A DNA stretch of 62,168 nucleotides, counting the filler. It is 4 parts of 4 records of this genome, joined end to end, with 100 filler letters (N's around TTAATTAATTAA, not from the genome) between each part and the next. Parts side by side here need not be neighbours in the genome. Positions count along the whole stretch, not along the records: positions 18,177 to 32,079 come from SRR20825006_71; positions 32,180 to 43,514 come from SRR20825006_72; 2 more parts are not named here. One strand, 5' to 3'. The notes below the pieces were generated by a model. It saw only the letters and a program-made list of their open reading frames with translations, ran no database searches and was not told the origin of the DNA. How positions within the stretch are numbered: the first letter of the stretch is position 1; every line of letters starts with the position of its first letter. Shown here one piece after another: positions 30,166 through 39,087 of the stretch. The translations under genes and the position numbers were made by a program.

Positions 30166-30444
30166 TATCATCGGTTTTGCATCAGTCTGGAGGGTTAAGA
30201 GTTCTGTCAAAGGTTTTTTTAGCTTGGGAAATGGCTGCGGAATAAATACCGCAGATTCCAACGCAGACCGACCAAGTAACCCCGAAGACACTCAAAATAT
30301 TTTCCAAGACTCTTTAAGCATTGGAAATATCCCTGCTGGAGACCTTAGTAAAATGTTTTGATCAAGAAGAGCCGTATGAATTCTAAGGTCCACTTTCGGT
30401 TGTATGGGCGTTTAGGGGGTGAGACTCCCCCTTACCTACTCGAC
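30166..30444 (+). mobile_element. Group II intron 3' remnant (maturase C-terminus plus domains V-VI), class D-like
   Basis: In-frame KWLRNKYRRF (30229-30258) and PRLFKHW (30304-30324) with an internal stop. DV-like GAGCCGTATGAA...CAC..TCGGTT (30369-30402). DVI-like GGGGGTGAGACTCCCCC and terminal CCTACTCGAC ending at 30444. Confidence 0.85.
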
Positions 30445-30915
30445 GTTCATTTTTGTTCGCTCAAAATAGTAGCCTTAGTACTGGAATAATATTGAGACAA
30501 ATGTTTGTCAGTTTGAAATTCAAAATTTTGCAAAACCATCGGCAAAATCCATTTCCTATTTTTATTGAACTCTCAATATTGCTATTATTCAATGAGACTA
30601 CAAACCATTTTGATTAAGAAATACATTCGGACAAAGTCTATTCAAAATTGTAGGCATTTTGAATGTATCTACAGATATGGTTTTTACTGTTTCTAATGTT
30701 CTAAAATTTATTTATCAATAGCTTAGCTAATTTATTCGGAAATTTAAGTGTCAACATTGGGAGCAACTATTGGTCAATTTATTATTTATAAGGGTTGATA
30801 CAATCCTTGGACTTATGCCAGTTTTATTATACTCGCATTAGTGATGATCGGTTTATGAGCAATAATTGAACGAAAGCAAAATATGAAAAAAATTATTTAG
30901 AAACAGAGTTTAATT

Positions 30916-31755
30916 TTGACAAATGAAATACAACATATACTTGATGAATGTAAGTTGGCTCTTGATGATGTTAACGATAAGAACCTAAATGAATTTTCAA
31001 ACGTCGAAAAAGGCATTAAATTATCTCGAAAATATCTACAGCAACTAAGAGTTGTACTGCGCAAGAGAAATTTCATCAATAAAGAAAATGAAATCCTCTT
31101 TTTTAAAAAACAAAAACCATTTATCTACGGACAACTTAAATTTTATGCTAAGTTATACAAGTATCTACTTCAGAAACCAAGAGGCACTGATAAGTCAAAG
31201 CGTAATTACTTAGATACAGAAATAAAAAAACTACAAGAATATTACTACTATAATAGTGAGTTTATTAAATATTACAGACAGAATGCCACCTTTCTAGATG
31301 AGTTTTATTTTTTACGCGGTAATGATAACATAGGTTTACTGTCCGACACTTCCCATTTTTATACAGATGCTGAATTCTCTACGAGCCACGATAATGCTGT
31401 TGCAAAGATTTTAGCATATGACCTATTATTAAACCACTACACTAACGAATTGAATGACTTGAAAAAATCAACAAGAAAAATTTCTAACAATGAAAAATTA
31501 TTAGAAAGTTTGAGCCTTACCTGGACTTCAAATAAAATTGATTTAATTGAACTTATTTATTCATTAATAGCATCTGGAGCCGTAAAAGGAGACATTAAGG
31601 ATTTAGCGACCGCTTTTGAAAAAATATTTGACATTGACTTAGGAAATTACTACCGAAGCTTTTTGGAAATCAGAGGTCGTAAAGAAGATTACGCTAGATT
31701 TTTAGATTTATTGAAAATAAGCCTCCTGAAAAAAATTAAAGAAGCAGATAACTAA
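30916..31755 (+). CDS. rteC: RteC-family regulator of Bacteroidetes integrative elements
   Basis: EILFFKKQKP, LDEFYFLRG, FSTSHD..VAKILAYD and LTWTSNKIDLIELIYSL signatures. TTG start. Confidence 0.85.
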   Translation: MTNEIQHILDECKLALDDVNDKNLNEFSNVEKGIKLSRKYLQQLRVVLRKRNFINKENEILFFKKQKPFIYGQLKFYAKLYKYLLQKPRGTDKSKRNYLDTEIKKLQEYYYYNSEFIKYYRQNATFLDEFYFLRGNDNIGLLSDTSHFYTDAEFSTSHDNAVAKILAYDLLLNHYTNELNDLKKSTRKISNNEKLLESLSLTWTSNKIDLIELIYSLIASGAVKGDIKDLATAFEKIFDIDLGNYYRSFLEIRGRKEDYARFLDLLKISLLKKIKEADN

Positions 31756-31784
31756 ATTAAAAGCAATCATTCACAGAATAGATC

Positions 31785-31816
31785 CCCAAGTTACAACCAA
31801 CTTGGGTGTTTCTTTT
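31785..31816 (+). terminator. Hairpin after rteC (terminator or operator)
   Basis: CCCAAGTT-ACAACC-AACTTGGG followed by TGTTTCTTTT. Confidence 0.5.
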
Positions 31817-32034
31817 AAAAGTAAATTTAAGCCCATTTTGTATAATGGAGTTAGCTTTTAATCAATTAAATCATCTCAAAAAACGCTAAATAATAGAATG
31901 TTAAATCTTCACCCAACTTGGGTTCGACTTGTGAATAAAACCCAATAAAACTCTTCAAATTCGTAGAACGAAAGTTAAATCAGGTAAAAGTCTACTATTT
32001 AATTTATTGAGGCTTTTCCATAAATCGTTCTATT

Positions 32035-32079
32035 ATGCCAACAAGTATTATTACCACAGACGATCTTCGGGAATTCAAA
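32035..32079 (+). CDS. 5' end of an excisionase-like HTH protein (cut by the contig end)
   Basis: MPTSIITTDDLREFK, the N-terminus typical of flavobacterial HTH_17 proteins that follow rteC. Confidence 0.7.
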
Positions 32080-32179
32080 NNNNNNNNNNNNNNNNNNNNN
32101 NNNNNNNNNNNNNNNNNNNNNNNTTAATTAATTAANNNNNNNNNNNNNNNNNNNNNNNNNNNNNNNNNNNNNNNNNNNN
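32080..32179. other. Artificial contig spacer
   Basis: N44-TTAATTAATTAA-N44. Confidence 0.99.
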
Positions 32180-32415
32180 AGGTTCTATTCTTTCCTCAAA
32201 TGAAACCAGAAAAGACAATTTCTGTTGAACTTAATGAAGATGAAAAACTCATTTTTGAATTACTTAAAAAACAATCTCCAGCAGAGCTTGATAGGATAAA
32301 AGCAGATTCTGGTTTAAGTAACAAGAAATGGGACAAAGCTGTAAAAGGATTACGTGCTAAAGATGTGGCTACTGTTAATAAAACAGATAACGGTTTGTTC
32401 GTTGAACTTTTATAA
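32180..32415 (+). CDS. lysS: 3' end of lysyl-tRNA synthetase with a C-terminal extension (5'-truncated)
   Basis: The frame is open from the contig start and reads VLFFPQMKPEK, the class II LysRS C-terminal signature. The 71-aa ORF in the track is its tail. Confidence 0.8.
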
Positions 32416-32441
32416 ACGTATGAACAGTTAATAATTAAAAT

Positions 32442-32475
32442 AAAAAACAGGATGTAGAAACATCCTGTTTTTTTT
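32442..32475 (+). terminator. Intrinsic terminator after lysS
   Basis: AAAAAACAGGATGT-AGAA-ACATCCTGTTTTTTTT. Confidence 0.85.
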
Positions 32476-32740
32476 GTCATTAAAACGACTGTAAAATCAC
32501 ATTTAATTTAAGTTTCTAATTTAAACCTAAGATTTCCTATTAAATAATATATAATTCAACTCTTAATATGGTTCAACCATAGCGACAACTTATGCATTTT
32601 TTGCATAGTTAATCAATCGTTTAGTTAAAATTATGCATTTAATTTAAATATTATCAAGCATTGATAATGACTCGATAATCCTCGTTAAAGTTTGTACTTT
32701 TGCCGTCGAAATACATATTTCTGACACAAAAGCTTATTTT

Positions 32741-33625
32741 ATGATGATTACCAACAAATGTTTAACATTTTACCTTATAATGTTTTTTAGTATTTTAGGA
32801 AGTGTTGTAACATCTGCACAAGTAGGAATTGGCACAACAACACCTCAAGGCGCCTTAGACATATCTAGCTCTAATTCTGGCGTTGTTATTCCTAGAGTCG
32901 GAATTACATCTGCTACAGATAATACTACAGTAATTAACCCTAATGGCGGCGCAGTATTACCTAGTACTATGATATATAATGATGGTAGTGGCGGTTTTAC
33001 TCCTGTAGGTTTTTTATTTTGGAATGGCGCAAACTGGACGGCAGTATCTGGTAAAAGCTCTGGAGATATAAAACATGGGTTTCAATCTGCAGACCATAAT
33101 GGATGGTATTTATTAGATGGCCGTTCCATATCAAGTTTACCTGCTAACGCACAAACAGCTGCAAACAACCTAGGCTTTTCTGGAAACTTACCAGATGCTA
33201 CAAATAGAGTATTAAAAAATACAAACGGTTCAGAAACTTTAGGCAGTACAACTGGCTCAAATTCTGTCACCTTATCACAAGCAAATCTTCCAAATTTTGA
33301 TATGAGTGGAACAACGTCTACAGATGGAAACCACAATCACTCAGGTTCAACTTCTGAAGATGGAGAACACGACCACGATTATCTAGATGCAGGAGTTGGA
33401 AGTATAAGAGTTAGAGAAAATGGTGGACAATCTACATTTGTTGCAAATGATGTTACAATAACAGATGAAACAGATGAAGATGGAGATCACACGCACTCTT
33501 TAAATATAAACTCTAATGGGAATCATAACCATACCGTATCGGTAAATTCTGGAGGTAGTAATAGAGCTATCAATACTACACCAGCAAGTTTAGTGACCAA
33601 TACCTTTATATTTTTGGGTAAATAA
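32741..33625 (+). CDS. Secreted protein with a phage tail-collar/fibre-like region and HxH repeats
   Basis: Signal peptide, QVGIGTTTP..ALDI module, collar-like GDIK..FQSADHNGWYLLDGR...LPD and four HxH motifs. Confidence 0.65.
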   Translation: MMITNKCLTFYLIMFFSILGSVVTSAQVGIGTTTPQGALDISSSNSGVVIPRVGITSATDNTTVINPNGGAVLPSTMIYNDGSGGFTPVGFLFWNGANWTAVSGKSSGDIKHGFQSADHNGWYLLDGRSISSLPANAQTAANNLGFSGNLPDATNRVLKNTNGSETLGSTTGSNSVTLSQANLPNFDMSGTTSTDGNHNHSGSTSEDGEHDHDYLDAGVGSIRVRENGGQSTFVANDVTITDETDEDGDHTHSLNINSNGNHNHTVSVNSGGSNRAINTTPASLVTNTFIFLGK

Positions 33626-33710
33626 TCACTATCCATAACTTCATCATCATATAGTTATACGCTTTATCGATGTTTTCAGTATCTTGTAGGTTTATTAATC
33701 AAACTTACAT

Positions 33711-36215
33711 ATGAGATATTCTTATTTAATGCGCTTAGGCTTTGTAGGCGCTATGGCGGTCGGCATTTCCAGTTGTGCCGTTTTCCAGCCAAACAAGAAG
33801 GCGAATTCAAAAACTGCTGCCGCCGCAAAGAAAAAACCAGAAAAAGGAGACATTCAACCTTACAGTAAAGTCATCACTAAAGATGCAAAAAGCGACGAAG
33901 GCCTTTTTACAGTACACAAACTAAAAGAAAATTACTTTTACGAGATACCAGACAGTCTTTTTAACAGAGAGATGCTAATGGTAACTCGTATTGCAAAAAC
34001 AGCTACCAATATTGGTTTTGGTGGTGGTAAGCAAAACACACAAGTATTACGATGGGAAAAGAAAGATAAGCAAGTTTTACTAAGAGTTGTTTCTCATCAA
34101 ATTTACGCTGCAGACTCTTTACCAATTCATGAGGCAGTTGTAAATTCTAATTTCGAACCTATACTCTATTCATTTCCTATTAAAGCATTCAAAAAAGATT
34201 CTATAGCAAACAATACTGTTATTGATGTTACAGAGCTTTTTAATAAGGATGTTAAAGCTTTAGGCTTCCCTGAAAGCAGACGTAAATCTTACAAAATATC
34301 ACGTCTTGATGAAAAGCGTTCATACATTGATACTATTAGAAGCTATCCATTAAACGTTGAAGCACGACACATTAAAACTTATAATGCTGGTGCTCCACCA
34401 AGCAACTCAAGTACAGGTTCTATTTCATTAATGATGAGCAATTCTATGATATTGCTTCCTAAAGAACCTATGAAACGCCGTTACTTTGATCAACGTGTTG
34501 GTTGGTTTGCAAGAGGGCAAGTGGATTACGGCCAAGATGCTCAAAAAAGTAAAACACTTACGTATTTAGATAGATGGAGGTTAGAAATAAAAGATGAAGA
34601 TAAAGCCAAGTTTGAACGTGGTGAGTTGGTAGAACCTAAAAAACAAATTGTTTATTATATAGATAGAGCAACACCTAAAAAATGGCGCCCATATATTAAA
34701 CAAGGAATAGAAGATTGGCAAGTAGCCTTTGAAGCTGCAGGTTTTAAAAATGCAATTATTGCTAAAGATCCTCCAAGTGTAGAGGAAGATCCAGATTGGA
34801 GTCCAGAAGATGTACGCTATTCTGTTGTGCGTTATTTAGCATCTCCTATTCCTAACGCAAACGGACCTCACGTAAGTGATCCTCGTTCTGGAGAGATTTT
34901 AGAGAGCGACATAAATTGGTACCACAATGTTATGACCTTGTTGCGCAATTGGTTCTTTATACAAACTGCAGCTATTAACCCAGACGCAAGAGGTGTTGAG
35001 TTTAAAGACGAAGTTATGGGGCGTTTAATACGTTTTGTATCTTCTCACGAAGTTGGACATACATTAGGATTACCTCATAATATGGGAAGTAGTGTTGCTT
35101 ATCCTGTAGAGAATTTAAGAGATCCAGAATTTACTAAAAAATATGGTACTGCACCTTCTATAATGGATTATGCTCGCTTTAACTACGTTGCACAACCTGG
35201 AGATGGTGATGTTGCCTTAATGCCAAACATTGGTATTTATGACAAATATGCTATTAAATGGGGTTATCGTCCTATTCTAAATGAATCTGCAAAAGATGAA
35301 AAGGAAACTTTAGATGCTTGGATTTTAGAGCACGCTGGCGATCCTATGTATAGGTTTGGTAAGCAACAGTCTGGTGTTATAGACCCTAGTTCTCAAACCG
35401 AAGATTTAGGAGATGATGCTGTACTTGCAAGCCAATATGGTATTGCTAACCTTAAGAGAATTGTCCCTAATTTATTTGAATGGACAAAAGAAGATGGTAA
35501 AGATTATGAAGATTTAGAAACTCTATATGGTCAAGTTCTTTCTCAATACAACCGTTATATGGGTCACGTATCAAATAATATTGGTGGTGTTTATGAATAC
35601 TATAAAACATATGACCAAGATGGCGCAGTATACACTCACGTTCCTAAAGAAAAGCAAGAAAATGCTATGAAGTTTATTCAGGATGAATTATTTACAACTC
35701 CAGAATGGCTTATAGATCAAGAGATTTTTAATAGAATTGAATTTGATGGTAATATAGAGCGCATTAGAGGTTACCAAGTAAGAACTCTAAATAACATTCT
35801 TGATTTTGGTAGAATGGCTAGATTACTTGAAAATGAAGAGGTAAATGGCAGCAAAGCATATGGTTTGTTAGATATGATGACAGACTTACGTGAAGGCTTA
35901 TTTAATGAGGTGAGAAATGGAAAAACTATTAATCGCTACAGAAGAAATCTTCAACGTGCATATATAGAGCGTTTAGAAATGTTAATGACAGAAGAACAAT
36001 CTGCTATTCCTGCAGCTTACAGACGTTATGTGTCTAGAAGTAATATAGATGTGTCTCAAAGTGATATTCGCCCAGTAGTTAGAGGAGAATTAGAAACATT
36101 ACAAGGACAAGTTAAAAGAGCTTCAAACAGAACTGGAGACAAGATGACAAAATATCATCTTAAAGATTTAGCCGAACGTATAGATTTAATTTTAAACCCT
36201 ATCACAAAACCTTAA
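33711..36215 (+). CDS. Zinc-dependent metalloprotease lipoprotein (metzincin, DUF4953/DUF5117 type)
   Basis: Lipobox ISSC, DPRSGEIL, HEVGHTLGLPHN and Met-turn SIMDY. Confidence 0.88.
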   Translation: MRYSYLMRLGFVGAMAVGISSCAVFQPNKKANSKTAAAAKKKPEKGDIQPYSKVITKDAKSDEGLFTVHKLKENYFYEIPDSLFNREMLMVTRIAKTATNIGFGGGKQNTQVLRWEKKDKQVLLRVVSHQIYAADSLPIHEAVVNSNFEPILYSFPIKAFKKDSIANNTVIDVTELFNKDVKALGFPESRRKSYKISRLDEKRSYIDTIRSYPLNVEARHIKTYNAGAPPSNSSTGSISLMMSNSMILLPKEPMKRRYFDQRVGWFARGQVDYGQDAQKSKTLTYLDRWRLEIKDEDKAKFERGELVEPKKQIVYYIDRATPKKWRPYIKQGIEDWQVAFEAAGFKNAIIAKDPPSVEEDPDWSPEDVRYSVVRYLASPIPNANGPHVSDPRSGEILESDINWYHNVMTLLRNWFFIQTAAINPDARGVEFKDEVMGRLIRFVSSHEVGHTLGLPHNMGSSVAYPVENLRDPEFTKKYGTAPSIMDYARFNYVAQPGDGDVALMPNIGIYDKYAIKWGYRPILNESAKDEKETLDAWILEHAGDPMYRFGKQQSGVIDPSSQTEDLGDDAVLASQYGIANLKRIVPNLFEWTKEDGKDYEDLETLYGQVLSQYNRYMGHVSNNIGGVYEYYKTYDQDGAVYTHVPKEKQENAMKFIQDELFTTPEWLIDQEIFNRIEFDGNIERIRGYQVRTLNNILDFGRMARLLENEEVNGSKAYGLLDMMTDLREGLFNEVRNGKTINRYRRNLQRAYIERLEMLMTEEQSAIPAAYRRYVSRSNIDVSQSDIRPVVRGELETLQGQVKRASNRTGDKMTKYHLKDLAERIDLILNPITKP

Positions 36216-36237
36216 TCTAATTTAAGGTTATACTTTT

Positions 36238-36271
36238 AAAAAGCTTCCTCTACACCGAGGAAGCTTTTTTT
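36238..36271 (+). terminator. Intrinsic terminator
   Basis: AAAAAGCTTCCTC-TACACC-GAGGAAGCTTTTTTT. Confidence 0.85.
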
Positions 36272-36434
36272 ATGCATAAAACTACGATTAAGTGCATAGG
36301 TGTTGTTAAATATTAATCAACCTCTAACATTGTTAGTATTAGGATTAAAGAACGTTTACACAGTCATCATCTTAAGGTAACTGCATCTACTTTGCTTTGA
36401 AGGTAATTTTGCAAAATAACTAAAGCAAGCTACC

Positions 36435-38459
36435 ATGAAACATATTTTACTATTAGGTTTTATAATAATTGTACTTTCATCGAAAGGACAAAACATTCAA
36501 TACCAACGTTCCTCAAACAATTTAGCCAAACAATCTTCTACAGCAGTATTTAATGAAGATTTACAACCATTTTATCACGGCGTTGCCTCTGGTGATCCGC
36601 TTTCAGATCGTGTTATAATTTGGACTCGTGTAACTCCAGAAAACAATGAGACAACTATTGATGTGCAATGGAGAGTTGCTACAGATATAGAATTTACAAA
36701 TGTAGTGTTACAAGGAGCTACCACTACAGATGCAACTGTAGATTATACTGTAAAAGTAGATGCTATTGGTCTTAATCCTGCAACTACATACTACTATCAC
36801 TTTTTTGCTTTAGAAAGAAGCTCAATCATAGGTAGAACTAGAACAGCACCAAGTGCAGATGCAGATCAACTAAGGTTTGCTATAACAAGCTGCTCAAACT
36901 ATCAAGCAGGATATTTTAATGCGTATAAGAAAATTGCCCAACGCCAAGACTTAGATGCTGTTATACATTTAGGAGACTATATTTATGAATATGGTTCTGG
37001 ACCTGGAACATATGGTTATAGCGCAGAAAGACCAGATAGAGCAAATGAACCTTCTAATGAAATTATTTCTTTAGTAGATTACAGAACACGTTACTCATTA
37101 TATAGGTTAGATCCAGATTTAAGAGCTGTGCACCAACAACACCCATTCATTACAATTTGGGATGATCACGAAAGCACTAATGACAGTTACAAAGATGGTG
37201 CAGAAAATCATAATGATGGTGAAGGCGAATGGGAAGACCGCAAAGCCATTTCTAAACAGGTTTACTTCGAATGGTTGCCTATAAGAAATCATCCAGATAA
37301 TAAAATTTCAAGAACACTTAATTACGGTAATCTTGCAACTATAATTAACTTAGACACACGTCTTGAAGGTAGAGAACTACAAATAGATGATGTAAATGAT
37401 CCAGAATTATACAACGTAAATCGAACAATGCTTGGTGAGCCACAAAGAGATTGGTTCTTTGACGAACTAAGTAACTCAACCGCAAAATGGAAAATAGTCT
37501 CTAACCAAGTAATGCTTGCTGAATTTAACTTAGGCTGGGCTTCTGGTGGTTTAGGATTAGGTGGTGATGAACTTGAGAGTTCCTTCTTAGATATATGGGA
37601 TGGATATCCTGCAGAACGAGATAAAATTTTAGATCATATACAAGACAACAATATTAATGATGTCGTTTTTTTAACGGGAGATATTCACACTTCCTTTTCA
37701 TATGATGTATCTAAGAGGCCAACAGACAACCATCCAGATGCAGATAACCAAGACTTTATGGTTGATTATGATCCAAATACAGGAAATGGATCTATAGCAG
37801 TTGAATTTGTTGGGCCAAGTGTTACTTCAGATAATTTTGATGAAGTCTTAACTGCAGCAGGATCTGCCTATATTGCTTCTGGAATAAACCAATCAAGCGT
37901 TGCTAACGGTTTTTCTAATCCTAATCCGCACATGAAATATACTAACCTAAACGATCACGGTTACTATATATTAGACTTAACTAACACTAAAGCACAGGCA
38001 GATTACTACTTTATAGATATATTGAATTCTGACTCTAACACTGAAGCTTTTGATGAAGGTTGGTTTACAAATACGTTAGATAACCACCTAACACAAGCAA
38101 CTGAAGCCGCACCAGAAAAAAATGAACAACCAGAATTAGCACCTGTTGAAGTTCCAGATTTTGGCACACTTTCAAATAATGAGTTTACTTCAAAAGATTT
38201 AGCTGTATTTAGCCTATACCCTAACCCACTTTTTAGTAACAACATTTTATACTTACAATATGGTGTTAAGAATGATACCAGAATAAAAATAAGTTTATAC
38301 AACTTACAAGGTAAACAAGTTCACACATTTTATAATAAGGAGACGCCACAAGGTATTTTCTTTAGCGGTTTTACATTACCGGCAATAGCTAATGGTAACT
38401 ATATTTTAAACATTTCAACAAGAGACACTACCATTTCAAAACAAATTATTATCAAGTAA
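36435..38459 (+). CDS. phoD: Alkaline phosphatase D with a C-terminal T9SS type A sorting domain
   Basis: FYHGVASGDP, SCSNY, HLGDYIYE, WDDHE, LDTR, DIWDGY and TGDIH motifs; tail LYPNP...YNLQGK...GNYILNI...KQIIIK. Confidence 0.92.
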   Translation: MKHILLLGFIIIVLSSKGQNIQYQRSSNNLAKQSSTAVFNEDLQPFYHGVASGDPLSDRVIIWTRVTPENNETTIDVQWRVATDIEFTNVVLQGATTTDATVDYTVKVDAIGLNPATTYYYHFFALERSSIIGRTRTAPSADADQLRFAITSCSNYQAGYFNAYKKIAQRQDLDAVIHLGDYIYEYGSGPGTYGYSAERPDRANEPSNEIISLVDYRTRYSLYRLDPDLRAVHQQHPFITIWDDHESTNDSYKDGAENHNDGEGEWEDRKAISKQVYFEWLPIRNHPDNKISRTLNYGNLATIINLDTRLEGRELQIDDVNDPELYNVNRTMLGEPQRDWFFDELSNSTAKWKIVSNQVMLAEFNLGWASGGLGLGGDELESSFLDIWDGYPAERDKILDHIQDNNINDVVFLTGDIHTSFSYDVSKRPTDNHPDADNQDFMVDYDPNTGNGSIAVEFVGPSVTSDNFDEVLTAAGSAYIASGINQSSVANGFSNPNPHMKYTNLNDHGYYILDLTNTKAQADYYFIDILNSDSNTEAFDEGWFTNTLDNHLTQATEAAPEKNEQPELAPVEVPDFGTLSNNEFTSKDLAVFSLYPNPLFSNNILYLQYGVKNDTRIKISLYNLQGKQVHTFYNKETPQGIFFSGFTLPAIANGNYILNISTRDTTISKQIIIK

Positions 38460-38481
38460 ACACCTCTTATTTGTTAATACC

Positions 38482-38512
38482 AAGCTACTTTTTAATTAAA
38501 GTAGCTTTTTTT
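38482..38512 (+). terminator. Intrinsic terminator
   Basis: AAGCTACTTT-TTAATT-AAAGTAGCTT plus a T-run. Confidence 0.75.
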
Positions 38513-38568
38513 ATTTAAACCATTTAAGTTTTTAAGAGTCATAGTATTATAACTTAAAATTAAAAATT

Positions 38569-39018
38569 ATGAAAACTAAAATCACAGTAATGCTTGCCAT
38601 ATTATTAATGGGTACAGCAATGGCGCAAGACAGAAAAGACCGTCCTAACAGAAAAGGAGATAGAACAGAAATTTCTGCAGAACAGAAAGCTGAACTTATC
38701 ACTAAAAAGATGACGTTAAAGTTAGACCTTAACAAGTCACAACAGGATAAAGTAATGGCTTTACACTTAGATAACTTTTCTAAAATGGAAACAAAGAGAA
38801 AAGAACTAAAAGCAAATAGAGAAGACGGCAAAAGACTTACAAAAGAAGAACGCCATGATCAAAAGCTTGCAATGCTAGATCATAAGATAGAGATGAAAAA
38901 TGAAATGAAATCTATCTTAAATGCTGAACAGTTTGAAAAGTGGGAAGCATCTAAAAAATCTCCACGAAAGATGAAAGGAAAACGTGGCGGTAAAGATTCT
39001 CATAACCGTAGAAGATAA
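38569..39018 (+). CDS. Periplasmic helical protein (Spy/CpxP- or DUF4890-like)
   Basis: Signal peptide; KMTLKLDLNKSQQ and ILNAEQFEKW LTxxQ-like motifs. Confidence 0.65.
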   Translation: MKTKITVMLAILLMGTAMAQDRKDRPNRKGDRTEISAEQKAELITKKMTLKLDLNKSQQDKVMALHLDNFSKMETKRKELKANREDGKRLTKEERHDQKLAMLDHKIEMKNEMKSILNAEQFEKWEASKKSPRKMKGKRGGKDSHNRRR

Positions 39019-39052
39019 TTGAAAAAGAAGTGATAATTGATTTGAATTAGCC

Positions 39053-39083
39053 AAAAAGCCTCATTTTAAATGGGGCTTTTTTT
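39053..39083. terminator. Bidirectional terminator
   Basis: AAAAAGCCTCATTT-T-AAATGGGGCTTTTTTT between convergent genes. Confidence 0.75.
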
Positions 39084-39087
39084 AGGG

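Larger units (their letters stand above)
18177..32079 (+). mobile_element. Partial Bacteroidetes integrative (conjugative or mobilisable) element: int-cargo-rteC-xis
   Basis: Integrase at the contig start; RteC and an excisionase-like HTH at the other end; accessory cargo between. Transfer genes are not in the window. Confidence 0.8.

Noticed and set aside
30445..30900. Further gene remnants between the intron relic and rteC
   Set aside because: AT-rich sequence with no ORF or motif I could recognise; it would need tblastx to assess.
32200..32415. Independent 71-aa HTH gene, or continuation of the excisionase across the gap
   Set aside because: The frame is open upstream into the LysRS C-terminal motif, and it lies on a different contig from the excisionase start.
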